Made by a program: the position numbers and the translations under genes | Notes under the pieces: generated by a model | Databases searched by the model: none | Seen by the model: only the letters and a program-made list of their open reading frames with translations | Told to the model about the DNA's origin: nothing | Origin: Octopus sinensis | Taxonomy: Eukaryota | DNA: 64,000 bases | Direction of reading: 5' to 3' | Assembly (NCBI RefSeq): GCF_006345805.1 | Contig: NC_043017.1 | Coordinates: 4,898,001-4,962,000 of the forward strand | Shown here: one piece after another, positions 24,736-37,410 of the stretch | How the letters are laid out: each line of letters starts with the position of its first letter | Position numbering within the stretch: position 1 is the stretch's first letter

Positions 24736-25104
24736 CATATACATACATACATACATACACAACTATGTATGTGTATGTGCATGTGACTGATGCAAGTGTG
24801 TGCCTAAAGAGAGAATATTTATGTTGGCAGGCACTATCAAAGATTCCAATTGTAACGAGATAGTGAGTTTAACGAAGTCTTCCTGGTTCCACCTTCAAAC
24901 TGATTATGCTCTTAACGTCAGAATCCATGTGCAGCTGCATGCGTTAGACTGGTGCATCACCATGCTATCAGTCTCCATAACCATAAAAGTGCCATTATAC
25001 AGCGCCTTGCCAGAAATATATCTTTGCCATATTCCACATCCGTTGATTACTGCTTTTTTATTTTTCCTCAACACTAATTAAGTTCATTGCTTTTTTCCAC
25101 CCTG

Positions 25105-25605
25105 CTACCTTGTTGTTGTTGTTGGTGGTGGTGGTGGTGATCGTGTTGGTGATGGCGCTTGTGGTGTTGATGTTGATGGCGGTGTGGGGGTGGTGGTGGT
25201 GTTGGTGGTGATAGTGTTGTTGTCGTTGGTAGTGGTGGTGGTGGAGATGGTGTTGGTGGTGGCGGTGGTAATACTAGTAGTGGTGTTGGCAGTGTTGGTG
25301 CTGGTGGTGGTGCTCTTGGTGGTGATGCTGGTGATGGCGCTGGTGGTGGTGGTGAAGGTGGTGACAGGAGTGTTGGTCATGGCGGTGTTGGCAGTATTGG
25401 TGCTGTTGGTGGTGGTGTTAGCATTGCTTCGGTGGCAGTGTTGGTGATGGCACTGGTGGTGTTGACGGTAGTGGTGGTGGTGGTGGTGATCGCGTTGGTA
25501 ATACTAGTGGTGGCAGTGGTGACAGTAGTGTTGGGTGTGGTGTTGGTGGCAACATTATTTTGGTGGCGGTGTTGGTGATGACAGCGCTGGTGGTGGTGGT
25601 CATGT
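25105..25605. repeat. Degenerate (GGT)n trinucleotide tract
   Basis: Directly visible; source of the poly-V/poly-T ORFs. Confidence 0.9.
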
Positions 25606-25980
25606 TGCTTTATGTTGGTTGCTGCTCAATGAAGGTCATTATGTAGTCATAATAGGTACCAGTTATTATGTTGGGGGTCTCTCTTCTATTGTTGGGCCAT
25701 GTTGATCTTGCGGGGGAGAATTGCTCTCAACCCCTTAGATGGCACTAATAGATTGGTCGAGATGTGTCTGCAAACTGGCTGTAGATCATGTCAAAGGTGA
25801 AACCATTTATGGAACTCATTATCTACTCCAAGAATCTAACTCTGACTCTATAGTTTCACAGTTAAATTCTGTACTTTTCTATGGTGCTAACTCATTAATT
25901 CCTCGTTTCGGTATTTCAATGCATTCCTATATTCTCACTTCTTCTTTTTCATATCCGATTGTTCTCTTCTTTAATTCTGA

Positions 25981-26066
<86 letters not shown>

Positions 26067-26220
26067 ATGTATGTATGTATGTATGTATGTATGTATGTAT
26101 GTATGTATGTATGTATAGTGTCTGTTTATATGTGTGTATATATATATTGTCTGTGTATATGTGTGTGTATGTATGTATGTATGTGTGTATATATATATGT
26201 GTGTGTGTGTGTGTATGTAA

Positions 26221-26269
<49 letters not shown>

Positions 26270-27999
26270 TATACACACACACACACACACATTTCTTTTT
26301 GATCTACAAATTGCTTTTGAAGATGAAAATAGGAAAGATCAGAATTTTATTATTATTGTTATTAAGTCAGGAATCGATATATGTTAACCAAAACAAAACA
26401 AAAAAGAAGTCAATGAAATTTATCATTATTATTATTATTATTATCATTATTATCATTATTATTGTTGTTGTTATTATTATTGTTGTTATCATTATTATCA
26501 TTATTATTGTTATCATTATTATTATTATTATCATTATTATTATTATTATTATTATCATTATTATTATTGTTGTTATCATTATTATCATTATTATTGTTAT
26601 TATTATTATTATTATCTCTGTCTAATTCCTGAATACTATTTCTTGTTTTCTGTTTCTGCTTAGTTATTTATATTTTGTTCTACAATTTGCTTCCATTTTT
26701 GTCTCCATCTGTGATTCTTAATGTAATAATCTCGAATAGAATTTGTAAAATTTGATACTAAATACCTATTTATACATTACTTGCCTTTAAACATGTCTAT
26801 ATATACATATATCTATATCTATATAAATCTATAGCTAGCTGTATTTATAGCTACCAATATATATATATAATATATATATATAATATATATATATAGATTT
26901 ATAGATATAATATAGATTAATATATATATATATATATAATATATATATATATATATAGATATAGATTCATATATATATATATATATATATATTTGATAAA
27001 GGGATAGATAAATAAATGATAGACATTGTGTGTGTATATGCTATCTATACATACATATGTGTGTATGTATGTATGTATGTAGTATTTTTTCCATGCCGAT
27101 TTGGGTTGGCCAGGTCACCTTGGTTTGATTCAGTTCCCATTATTGTTTATTTCCATTCCGAATGGATCAGCGGATTACATCTGGCTCAAACATTTTATTT
27201 TTGGCATGGTTTCTATGGCTGAATGCCTTTCCTGCTACCAACCATTTCACAGAGTATTCCGTGTGGACGTGTATGAAATGTTCTAGGCTCAGCACAGCCC
27301 TTTTTGATGTCCCTGATTCATTGCTTATTTTTTTAGACAACAAATATTTTAACGTCCTTCTCTCTTTGTTTATGTGTGTGAGCATATCTCTCATTATGCA
27401 CACGAGGAGAGGGAAAGTGGTCATGTCAGTCCTTTTCAATTAATAAATTGTAATCTCTCTCTCTCTCTTTCTCTCTATCTCTCCCTACGATCTTTATGTG
27501 TATATTTCTGCATAGTTGGTAATATATCATGGATGCAAAACAAATACCCTGCCAGCAATTAATACATATGTACCTGTTGCCAGGATTGCATTTAATATGT
27601 TACTTGCAGAACTTAGTGGTTATTTAAGCAATGTGTTTGTGGATGGATAATAGATTGAATGTAGCACTGAAGAAAGAGTAATAATTTTAGAAATATGCAT
27701 ATACACTCTCATCTATCTGTATGTGTATATTTCATAACAAATATGGTACAGTGTATAGGGGAGGCCCACTACCATCCTTAGTTACACTGGTGTATTTTAG
27801 TAAACTCTGTCTCTATCTTTTTCTCTCTCTCTCTCCTACCTTACTTCTTCCTTGTCCTACTAGGCTGGCCAGGTATCTCCTCTATAGTAAGACAATTATC
27901 TCTGTCCCTCTGTCATACTCTAACTTCTTACCAGGTGCACAGCAACTTCTCTCGGTTTCACTCCCTCTCTTAACTAAAAGATCTTTGCCTTGCAAATTT

Positions 28000-28740
28000 C
28001 TTGGCAACCATGATAGTGCTGGTGCCATATAAAAAACACCAGAGCCAGTACCACTTAAAAAGCACTTGTGCATGTGCTATGTAAAACACACCTGTGCAGG
28101 TGTTGCATAAAAAGAACCTGTGCTGGTGCCATGTAAAAACACCCGTGCCAATGCCACATAAAAAGCATTCATGTCAGGGCCACATGGTAAGCACCTGCAG
28201 GTGGCACATAAAAAGCACCTGTGCTGGTTCCACATAAGAAGCACCTGTGCTGGTTCCACATAAGAAGCACCTGTGCTGGTGTCACATAAAAAGCACCTGT
28301 ACTGGTGTCACATAAAAAGCACCTGTGCTGGTGTCACATAAAAAGCACCTGTGCTGATGCCACATAAAAAGCACCTGTGCTGGTGTCACATAAAAAGCAC
28401 CTGTGCTGGTGTCACATAAAAAGCACCTGTGCTAGTGCCACATAAAAAGCACCTGTGCTGTTTCCACATTAAAAGCACCTGTGCTGGCTCCACATGGAAA
28501 GAACCCAGTACATTTTGTAAAGGTGGGTAACATTAGGAAGGGCATCAAGCCATAGAAACCTTGCCAAAACAGGCGGTGCCTCAGCATGGCCACAGCTCGT
28601 GAGCTGAAACTAAATGAAATAAACAAAATATAAAAAAAAAAAAATGGAGCCTGGTGCAGCTCTCTGACTTGCCAGCTCCTGTCAAACCATCCAACCCATG
28701 CCAGCATGGACAAAACGTACATTAAATGATGATGATGATA
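28000..28740 (+). mobile_element. RTE 3' UTR fragment whose 26-bp module (gtgctggtgtcacataaaaagcacct) is expanded to ~16 copies at 28010-28500
   Basis: The array runs directly into attaggaagggcatc...ccaacccatgccagcatgg...(GAT)n. Confidence 0.85.
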
Positions 28741-28999
28741 GGAGAGGGTGAGTGATTGAGAGATAAGATCTCAGAGAGTGTTGGGGGGGGAGAGGGATGG
28801 ACAGTTTTTATCAGACTGACAATTGTCATGTGTGTCGCTAGATTTCAGCTGCTAAATCAAACAGCACCACCTGGTAGTCAGTTTACAGTGTGATGAGGTG
28901 GGGTGGGGGTGGGGGTGATAGAGAACTACTCATGTCTTCAGCTATTAATAAAATGTATGAATGTATATGTATATAATATGTGTCTATGTAGTATGCGAG

Positions 29000-29034
<35 letters not shown>

Positions 29035-29479
29035 ATTGTATATAAATACATGTTTGTGTGCACAGGTATGTCTGTAAGTATACCTAGATATGAGGTACAT
29101 ATGTATGTGCATGTGACTGTGTGTGTGTATGTGTGTGTATCTGTCTGTGTTTGTAAATCCTTTTGGTGCAATCTTTGAAAGAGAATTACCTGAGATATTC
29201 TTATTCAATACCAGGAAGAGACGTGTGTGTGTGTGTGTGAGTTGTGTGTGTTGTGTATGAAGGTGAGAAAGAGAGAGGGGGTGTGTGTGTGAGGGAGAGA
29301 GAGAATGAATGCTGTTTATAAATTGACCCCAAATACTTATATCTGTCATCAGGTCAAAATGACTTTACTAATACAGACAAAATTTTTTCTCTTGTTTGTA
29401 CAATATTCAATATATACCAGCACTTAACTTAGATAACCAAAATTATGGCATCGGTCCACTTTGGGTTATTTCCCTTGGC

Positions 29480-30335
29480 TAAGCACAGGCATAGCTGTGT
29501 GGTGAAGAAGCTTGCTTTGTAACAATGTGGTTGTGAGTTTAGTCCCGTGCCATGGCACCTTAGGCAAGTGTCTCCTACGATTAGCCCTAATCGGGCCATT
29601 GGTTGATGGAAACTGTGAGGAAACCTCTTGTGTGTTCGTGTGTGTGTGTGTGTGTTTGTCCCATTCCCACTGCTTGACAACTGGTGTTGGTTTTTATCTA
29701 TGTTTTTATTGTCACTTAGCAGTCTGGCAAAAGAGACTAATAAAATCAGTTCCAGACTTTAAGTGAAAATAAGGGCCGGGATTGATTTGCTTCTTGAGTG
29801 CCCCAGCATGGCCCCTGTACAATGACTGAAACAAGTAAAAGATAGAAAAATAAAGGATCTCATCATCATCCCTTAACGTCTGTTGTCCATGCTGGCATGG
29901 GTTGGACTGTTTGACCAGAGCTGGGGAGCTGCACCAGGCTCTGGTCTGATTTGGCAGGGTTTCTACGGCTCGATGCCCTCCCTAACGCCAACCCCTTTAC
30001 AGAGTGTGCTAGGTGCTGTTGGGTGGCACTGCACGGGCACTTTAATGTGGGTCTGCATGGGTGCTTTTACGTGATGTCACATGAGTAATTTTACGTGACA
30101 CCACATGGATGCTTTTTCATGTGGCACCATGTGGGTCCTTTCATGTGGTGCCACACAGGCGCTTTTTATGTGGCACTGCATGAACCCTTTTATCTGATGG
30201 CACTTATTTCATCGACCCCCGAAAGGATGAAAGGCAAAGTCGACCTCAGCGGAATTTGAACTCAGAACATAAAGGACAGATGAAATACCATTAAGCATTT
30301 TTCACAGCGTGCTAACAATTCTGCCAGCTTGCTAA
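29480..30335. mobile_element. SINE A (+, 29480-29850), RTE 3' UTR (-, 29858-30200), SINE B (-, 30200-30335)
   Basis: Consensus motifs of each family. Confidence 0.7.
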
Positions 30336-30347
30336 CTTAATAATAAC

Positions 30348-30381
<34 letters not shown>

Positions 30382-30879
30382 CTGGTATTCCATTCTATAT
30401 GAATGACTAGATAAATGTAGGCCACCACCTCCACCTCCGCCTCTGTTTTCCCATGCTTTAATGGGTTTGACATGGGTGGATATTGATTAATTTTTATCGC
30501 CTCCTTTTGTTGTGCTTTTTGTCCACCCATCCACCCCTTACTGGTTTCCTCTACTCCCCCTCTAATCAATACAGTCTCCATGGCAACTGTAATATCTTTA
30601 TGTAAATGATATTGATTCATAATATAGGTCCAAGTTGACACATATTTGTAGGGACAAAGGTTTTGTATCATCAATTACATCGACACCAATACTTCATTGG
30701 TGCCCGTCTTTTATGGACCCCCAGGGGGATGAAAGACTCAGTGAACTCAGTCAGGGTTTGAAACGCAATATACAAGAATATCAGCCGATTCCTTTGACAA
30801 GCAATATTAAGGAATTCTGGATGTACTCGTGACCTTGATAAGAACAGGGTGAAAGTTAGTCAAGTGATATAATATATTC

Positions 30880-31810
30880 TTTTCAGGCATCTTGATTGCT
30901 GCCATGCTGAAGCATTGCCTTTAGTTGAACAAATCGACCCCAGGACTTATTCTTTGTAAGCCTAGTACTTATTCTATTGGTCTCTTTTGCCGAACTCTTA
31001 AGTTACGGGGGCATAAACACACCAACATTGGTTGTCAAGCGATGGTGGGCGGATGAACACAGACACACACACACATACACACGATGGTCTTCTTTCAGTT
31101 TTCCATCTACCAAATCCACTCAAGGCTTTGGTCAGCCCGAGGCTATAGTAGGAGACACTTGCTCAAGGTGTGATGCAGTGGGACTAAATCTGGAACCATG
31201 CAATTGCAGTTGTGACAGATTCTGGTGTCACGCGAATGGCAACCATGCCAGTAACACGTAAAAGCACCCATTACATTCTTGGAGTGGTTGGCATCAGGAA
31301 GGGCATCCAGCCGTAGAAAATCATGCCAAATCAGACTGGAGTTTGGTGCAGCTTTCCAGCTTGACATCCCTGGTCAAACTGTCCAAACCATACCAGCATG
31401 GACAACGGCTGTTGAATAATGATGGTGATATAGGTGCAGGCATGGCTGTGTGATAAGAAGCTTGCGTCTCAACCACATGGTTTTGGGTTCAGTCTCACTG
31501 CATGGCACCTTGGACAAGTGTCTTCTACTATAGCCTTGGGCTGACCAAAGCCTTGTGAGTGGATTTGGTAGATGAAAACTGAAAGAAGCCCATCATATGT
31601 ATATATATATATATATGTATGTACGTGAGTGTGTCTTTGTGTCTGTGTTTGTTCCCCCACCACTGCTTGACAACCCATGTTGGTGTGTTTGCATCCCTGT
31701 AACTTAGCAGTTCGGCAAAAGGGACTGATAGAAAAAGTACCAGGCATTCGACTAAAAACTCGAGGTGTTGCCCCAGCATAGCTGTAGTCTAATGGCTGAA
31801 ACAAATAATG
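30880..31810. mobile_element. SINE A (-, 30880-31200), RTE 3' end (+, 31215-31430), SINE A (+, 31435-31810)
   Basis: Consensus motifs of each family. Confidence 0.75.
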
Positions 31811-31842
31811 ATTAAAAAAAGCTGAAACTGGAAAACATAAAA

Positions 31843-31879
<37 letters not shown>

Positions 31880-32180
31880 GAGATATTATATATATATCAC
31901 TTTGACATTTGATGTATGGCATACTGTGTATCTCCAGAGGCAATGTTGATTTGCTGGAAGCAGTGAGCTCGTGAACATCACAAACATTTGACCACTATAA
32001 ACGGATGTTCTGTGTAGGTTGTTCTGTGATGAATTGCAGAACCATCTTTCTTGGGCTTGAGAGACTACCAAGAAAATACTTATTTATAGAATGTGTGTGT
32101 GTTTGTATATGTATCTATGTATGTGCATGTATACATATATATATATATATATCGTTTTGGGATTTGGTATGCAAGATTCT

Positions 32181-32345
32181 TTATGTGAGTTCGTGTGTTG
32201 AAGCATATTCAAGACTATTGAAAAGGTTGCAAGATGCAATGAAAATTTTAGTAAAATAAAAATAAGAAATAAGTGGAAATTTTACCGGTGAGTGTTTTAA
32301 ATTATAAGGCACAAAAAAAATGACTCCCCCCAGATACAACAGAAT
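32181..32345. mobile_element. Penelope-like element fragment, subfamily 3: inverted ~30-nt tail joined to the body
   Basis: Homologous to 49549-49830; gtgagttcgtgtgttgaagcatattc is the reverse complement of the sequence that follows caacagaatat in the 49.6-kb copy. Confidence 0.55.
32214..32252 (+). ncRNA. Hammerhead-like motif with U3-A8 core (UUGAAAA) and AAUU stem III
   Basis: Stem I ACTA/TAGT, core TTGAAAA+G, stem II GTTGC-aagat-GCAAT, GAAA-A-TT-T. Confidence 0.5.
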
Positions 32346-32644
32346 ATATATATATATATATATATCTATCATTGCTGTTTTCCATGCTGGTATGGGTTAG
32401 ATGGTTGGCGAAAACTGGTATGTATGTATATATTCATGTATGTATATGTATGTATGCATATATGTATATATATATATATATGTGTGTGTGTATGTATATA
32501 TATATATATATGTGTGTGTGTATGTTTGTAATATATATATATATATATACACGTGCGTGTGTATGTATGCATATTTTGTATATATATATATATATATATA
32601 TGTTTGTATATAATATGTATGTGTGTGTATGTATGTATGTATGT

Positions 32645-32692
<48 letters not shown>

Positions 32693-32867
32693 TTCATAGA
32701 CATGATGGGCTTCTTTCAATTTCCATCTATCAGATCCACTCACAAGTCTTTGCCCAGTCTGGGTCTCTAGCAGAAGGCTTTTGGCCAAGGTGCCATGCTG
32801 TGGAACAGAACCCAAAACCACATGCTTCTAAAACCAATCTTCTTAACCATGCACCCATACCTGCATC

Positions 32868-33040
32868 ATCATCATCATTGTTCGACCGTGGTCGAGACAA
32901 TGGAATTTACTATGTTACGCCAGACTTCACGGTCCATCATAGCATTACGGAGGTCCTGTTGCTGGATGCCTGTATCCCTGGAGATTACATCAGGGTAGGA
33001 GAGTGTGCGCCCTCTGGTATTGCGAGTAGATGGCTTCATC
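32868..33040 (-). mobile_element. RTE/RTE-X-like LINE extreme 3' end with (GAT)n tail
   Basis: KPSTRNTRGRTLSYPDVISRDTGIQQQDLRNAMMDREVWRNIV fits GRPxxxYxDxxxRDTG....AMxDRxxWRxxV. Confidence 0.75.
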
Positions 33041-33777
33041 AAACAACAAACTATAATTGCCATGGCAACCAGCAGTTGCTAGTGAAGCCACATTACTACA
33101 ATGTTACTACAACAAACTGTAAAAAAAAAATGTCCTGACAAGAGATTTATGTCTTCTCTGAGTCCCATTTGTTACGAGAAAATTGTGTATTTTACTGAGA
33201 GATAATCGTGAAAACTGATATTTGAAATAGCAAATTGAAAAATCAATACTGTATATAATAAACACTGTTTGAACCAAGAACCACGGAGGGCAGTCAACCG
33301 TGTACGTGGCGGAGTTGGTGATGACCCAGTTTTACTTGATTCTCAATGTCTAGTCACTTCCTTTAATCCGTTGATATTGATGGTAGAGAGGCGGGGTGAG
33401 AGAGGAAGAGGGAAAGAGGTATGTGTGTCACAGAATCTGGCATTTCACCGCTTCTGTAAATGCGAGTGAGATGTTGTAGGCCCCAGAGATGGATGGGATG
33501 TAAAAAAAGAGTTTGTTTTCCAATTACTTTGCTTGGAAACGGGTGAGGGTTGGTGACAGGAAGGGCATCTGGTTGTAAGAAAATCTGCTTCGAGAAACTC
33601 TGTCCAACTCATGCCAGCTTGGGAAAATGGACGTTGAGAGGATGTAATTATGTCTGAAATCAATTTGTCATCGTTTGGATAGCTCCATTTTCTCTGCTTT
33701 GTTAAGATATTTGACACTGAATTAACTGCTTGGGCAGAACATATTAATTTCTCCAGCTGTGGTGTTTAAACAAAATA

Positions 33778-34200
33778 TATTTCTTATTTCTTTACTACCC
33801 ACAAGGGGCTAAACACAGAGGGCACAAACAAGGACAGACAAACGGATTAAGTCGATTATATCGACCCCAGTCTGTAACTGGTACTTATTTAATCGACCCC
33901 GAAAGGATGAAAGGCAGAGTCGACCTCGGCGGAATTTGAACTCACAACGTAACGGCAGATGAAATACCTATTTCTTTACTACCCACAAGGGGCTAAACAC
34001 AGAGGGCACAAACAAGGACAGACAAACGGATTAAGTCGATTATATCGACCTCAGTGCGTAACTGGTACTTATTTAATCGACCCCGAAAGGACGAAAGGTA
34101 AAGTTGACCTCGGTGGAATTTGAACTCAGAACATAGTGGCAGACGAAATACCACTAAGCATTTTGCCCGGTGTGCTAACATTTTTGCGAGCTCACCACCT
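33778..34200 (-). mobile_element. Head-to-tail dimer of SINE family B
   Basis: Two highly similar copies, junction gcagatgaaata|cctatttctttact at ~33966. Confidence 0.85.
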
Positions 34201-34599
34201 TTCTGTGACTTAGTCAGAGGAGGGAAAATACGGCTGCCCATGACCCTTTTCAGAGTTTCCTTAAGACTGATGGAAGGGTGGAGGGACATAACCTAAGCTG
34301 GGAGACCTTGTTTAAATTCTCGCAGTTGGACATTATGCACCTTGATGTATTGACCATGTGTGACTGAAACAAGTAAAAGATAGCAAAATAAGGTATTCTT
34401 GAAAAACGTATGAACACCACAGTCTCACCATCTCCCCAATAAATCTGGGCTTTTTGTACTTGTTGACCCACATTGTTTCTCCCCGTGGCACACTCTGTTA
34501 TTTTCATTATAGTTAATGTTATAATTAATTGTAAAGGATAAATGGTTTGGTATTTATATTAATTAGTTAATGATGATGTGTTGTTGTTGTTGTTATTAT

Positions 34600-35040
34600 G
34601 AGGGTTGTGAGCTGGCAGAATGGTTAGCATGCCAGGCAAAATGCTTTGTGGCATTTCATCCATTTTTATATTCAGGGTTCAAACTCTACTGAGGTCAGTT
34701 CTGCTTTTCGTCATTCTGGGATCGATAAAAGAAGTACCAGTTGAGTACTGGGGTCGATGTAAACTTTTTCTGAACTTGTGTGTGTGAATGTCTGCATTTG
34801 CATTAGTCCTCTCCACCACCACTGCTTAACAACTGGTGTTGGTTTGTTTACATTCCTCAGTTTTAGCAATTTGGCAAAAGAGACCAATAAAAATAGTACC
34901 AGATTTACAAAATAAAATAAAATAAAATATGATAAAATAAAATAAACACTGGAGTTGATTTGTTTGATGAAAAACCCTTCAAGGTGATGCCCCAGCATGG
35001 CCACAGTCTAGCAACGGACACATGTAAAAGATAAAAGATA
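34600..35040 (+). mobile_element. SINE B followed by SINE A 3' half
   Basis: Consensus motifs. Confidence 0.7.
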
Positions 35041-35670
35041 AACGGTCTAACCCATGCTGGCATTAAAAAACAGCTGTAAAACAGAATGCAACAAATGAAT
35101 GTAGGTTGGTTATAGACCACACCTTTGGTAGCGTTACTAGTAACGATGATAGATTATTAATCAGAAGTTTTACTGTTATGACCAACTGGTGCAATGGGTG
35201 TGTGTGGAAGAGAGAGAGAGTGAGAGAGACTGTGTGAAGGAGGTAGTGTTTATGAGGGAGAGAGAGTGAGAGAGATAGAGAGAGAGTGAGAGAGATAGAG
35301 AGAGAGAATATGTAAAGGAGGGAGAGAGTGAGAGATAGAGAGAGAGAGAGAATGTGTGAAGCAGGTAGTATATATGAGGGAGAGAGAGTGAGAGAGGGAT
35401 AGAGAGAGATAGAAATACTAAGCGAGTGAGAGAGGGGGAGAGATGCTCAGTGCGTGAGAGAGAGAGAGAGAAGGATGCTAAGCGAGAAATGGAAAATAGA
35501 GAGAAACACTTGGTGAGTGAAGGAGAGAGAGTAAGATGTTAGGTGAGCGAGGGGGAGAGAGAAAGTGATGCTGAGTGAGAGGGAGGTGCATGAAGGGGGA
35601 AGGGGGAGAGGTGGCTCTGAAGGCATTTTCTTTTTCTTCTTCGTTGTTCTGTAAAGATCAAACAGAACTT

Positions 35671-35705
<35 letters not shown>

Positions 35706-36049
35706 GTATATATATATGTATATATATCATCATCATCATCATCATCATCCTATGAAATCTTGTACAAATAGCATATTCACACGCCACATCAGCATATACA
35801 CGTCACACACATACATACACCAACTATACTGCATACACCCACTTCACACACACACACACACATTCACGTACACTTGCACACAATTTGCAAGCTTTATATT
35901 CATGTGTTATCCGGGTGGTTATGTGGAGGTGGTCATGGCAGGGTGGGAGTGCTAGATGCATTCTCTTTATGTTTATGTAAGCGTATTAGGGTGTATATAT
36001 GTGTGTGTTTGTATGCAAGTGTACGTAATAATAATAATAATGGTAATTT

Positions 36050-36860
36050 TCTTTCTAATTTTGGCACAGGGCCAACAGTTGGGGAGGGGAGGGGAAGTCA
36101 ATTACATCCACCCCAGTGTGCAGCTGGTATTTGTTTCATTGACCTTGAAAGGATGAGAGGCAAGGTTGATGTTGACGGCATTTGAAATCAGAACATATTG
36201 TCATAAGAAATGTTGCTTAACATTTTATTCGGCATGGTAATCATTCTGAGAGCTCACCACTTAGAGCTATTCTGGCTAATAGGCCAGACATTGTGGCAAA
36301 AAATCACCTTGACAAAAAAAAGAAAATGTTTGTTTATAGGTATACCAATTCCAGCAGGTTGCAACGCTTCTGTAAAAATATTTGAAAAGTTGAGGTGCTG
36401 ACATGGCTGTGTGTTAAGATGTTTGCTTCCCAGCCACCTGATTCTGGGTTCAGTCTCACTGCTTGGTACCTTTGGCAAGTGTCTTCTACTATTGCCGTGA
36501 GCTGACCAAACATTTGTGAGATGAAAACTGAAAGAAGCCCACTGTGTGTGTGTGTATATATATATATGTATATATACATATGCATGTATATATCTGTGTG
36601 TATATATATATATATATGTGTGTATATATATTTATGTGTATGTGTGTATATATATGTATGCGTGTGTGTATATGTATGTATGTATATATATATATGTATG
36701 TATCTATCTATGTGCGTGTATATTTTTATCCTCCAATACTGCTTGAGGGAGGACAATACTGCCTGTTACCCCTGGGCAAGAGTCTTCTATTATAGCCTCA
36801 GGCTGACCAAAGCCTTGTGAGTGGATTTGGTTGATGGAAACTGAAAGAAGCCCTTCGTGT
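36050..36860. mobile_element. SINE B (-, 36050-36260) and SINE A pieces (+, 36395-36860)
   Basis: Consensus motifs. Confidence 0.7.
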
Positions 36861-36910
36861 GTGAGCCACTACACATTCTTTATTTTCTCTCCTTGTTTCT
36901 TTCTGTGTCC

Positions 36911-36946
36911 CTTTCTGTAGAAGAGCATAGGCTCGAAACGTTAAAG
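36911..36946 (+). ncRNA. Hammerhead-like motif with variant core CUGUAGA, in a truncated subfamily 2 element (36868-37010)
   Basis: Stem I cttt/aaag, GAGC-atag-GCUC, GAAA-CGUU. Confidence 0.5.
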
Positions 36947-37012
36947 ACATTTTCACTTCCCGAGCGTTAAACTAATACATCTGTTTGTTGTATACACCAC
37001 CTGTCTTCCTCA

Positions 37013-37410
37013 GACATGACATGTAATGTTATGGGTTTGTCTGCCCCTCTGGCTAATATGACATGTCATGTAATGTTATGGATTGGCCCTGCCCCTCTGG
37101 CGAATCTCCGACATGTCATGTAATGTTATGGGTTGGGTCTGCCCCTCTGGCAAATCTGACATGTCATGTAATGTTATGGGCTGGCCCTGCCCCTCTGGCG
37201 AATCTCTGACATGTCATATAATGCTATGGATTGGCCCTGCCCCTCTGGCGAATCTGACATGTCAGGTAATGTTATGGGTTGGGTCTGCCCCTCTGGCGAA
37301 TCCCCGACATGTCATGTAATGTTATGGGTTGGGTCTGCCCCTCTGGCTAATCAGACATGTCATGTAATGTTATGGATTGGCCCTGCCCTGGCAAATTCCC
37401 CCCGACATGT
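37013..37410. repeat. 48-50 bp minisatellite gacatgtcatgtaatgttatgg(gttgggtc/attggccc)tgcccctctggc.aatc, 8 units
   Basis: Directly visible; two subtypes. Confidence 0.95.

Noticed and set aside
24800-25081. 93-aa non-repetitive ORF, and similar 60-90 aa ORFs at 10324, 37440 and 43580
   Set aside because: No recognisable domain, codon bias or consistent splice signals; lengths are within chance expectation.
33270-33330. GC-rich minus-strand patch NWVITNSATYTVDCPPW
   Set aside because: It is immediately preceded by an in-frame stop with no usable acceptor, and is too short to support.
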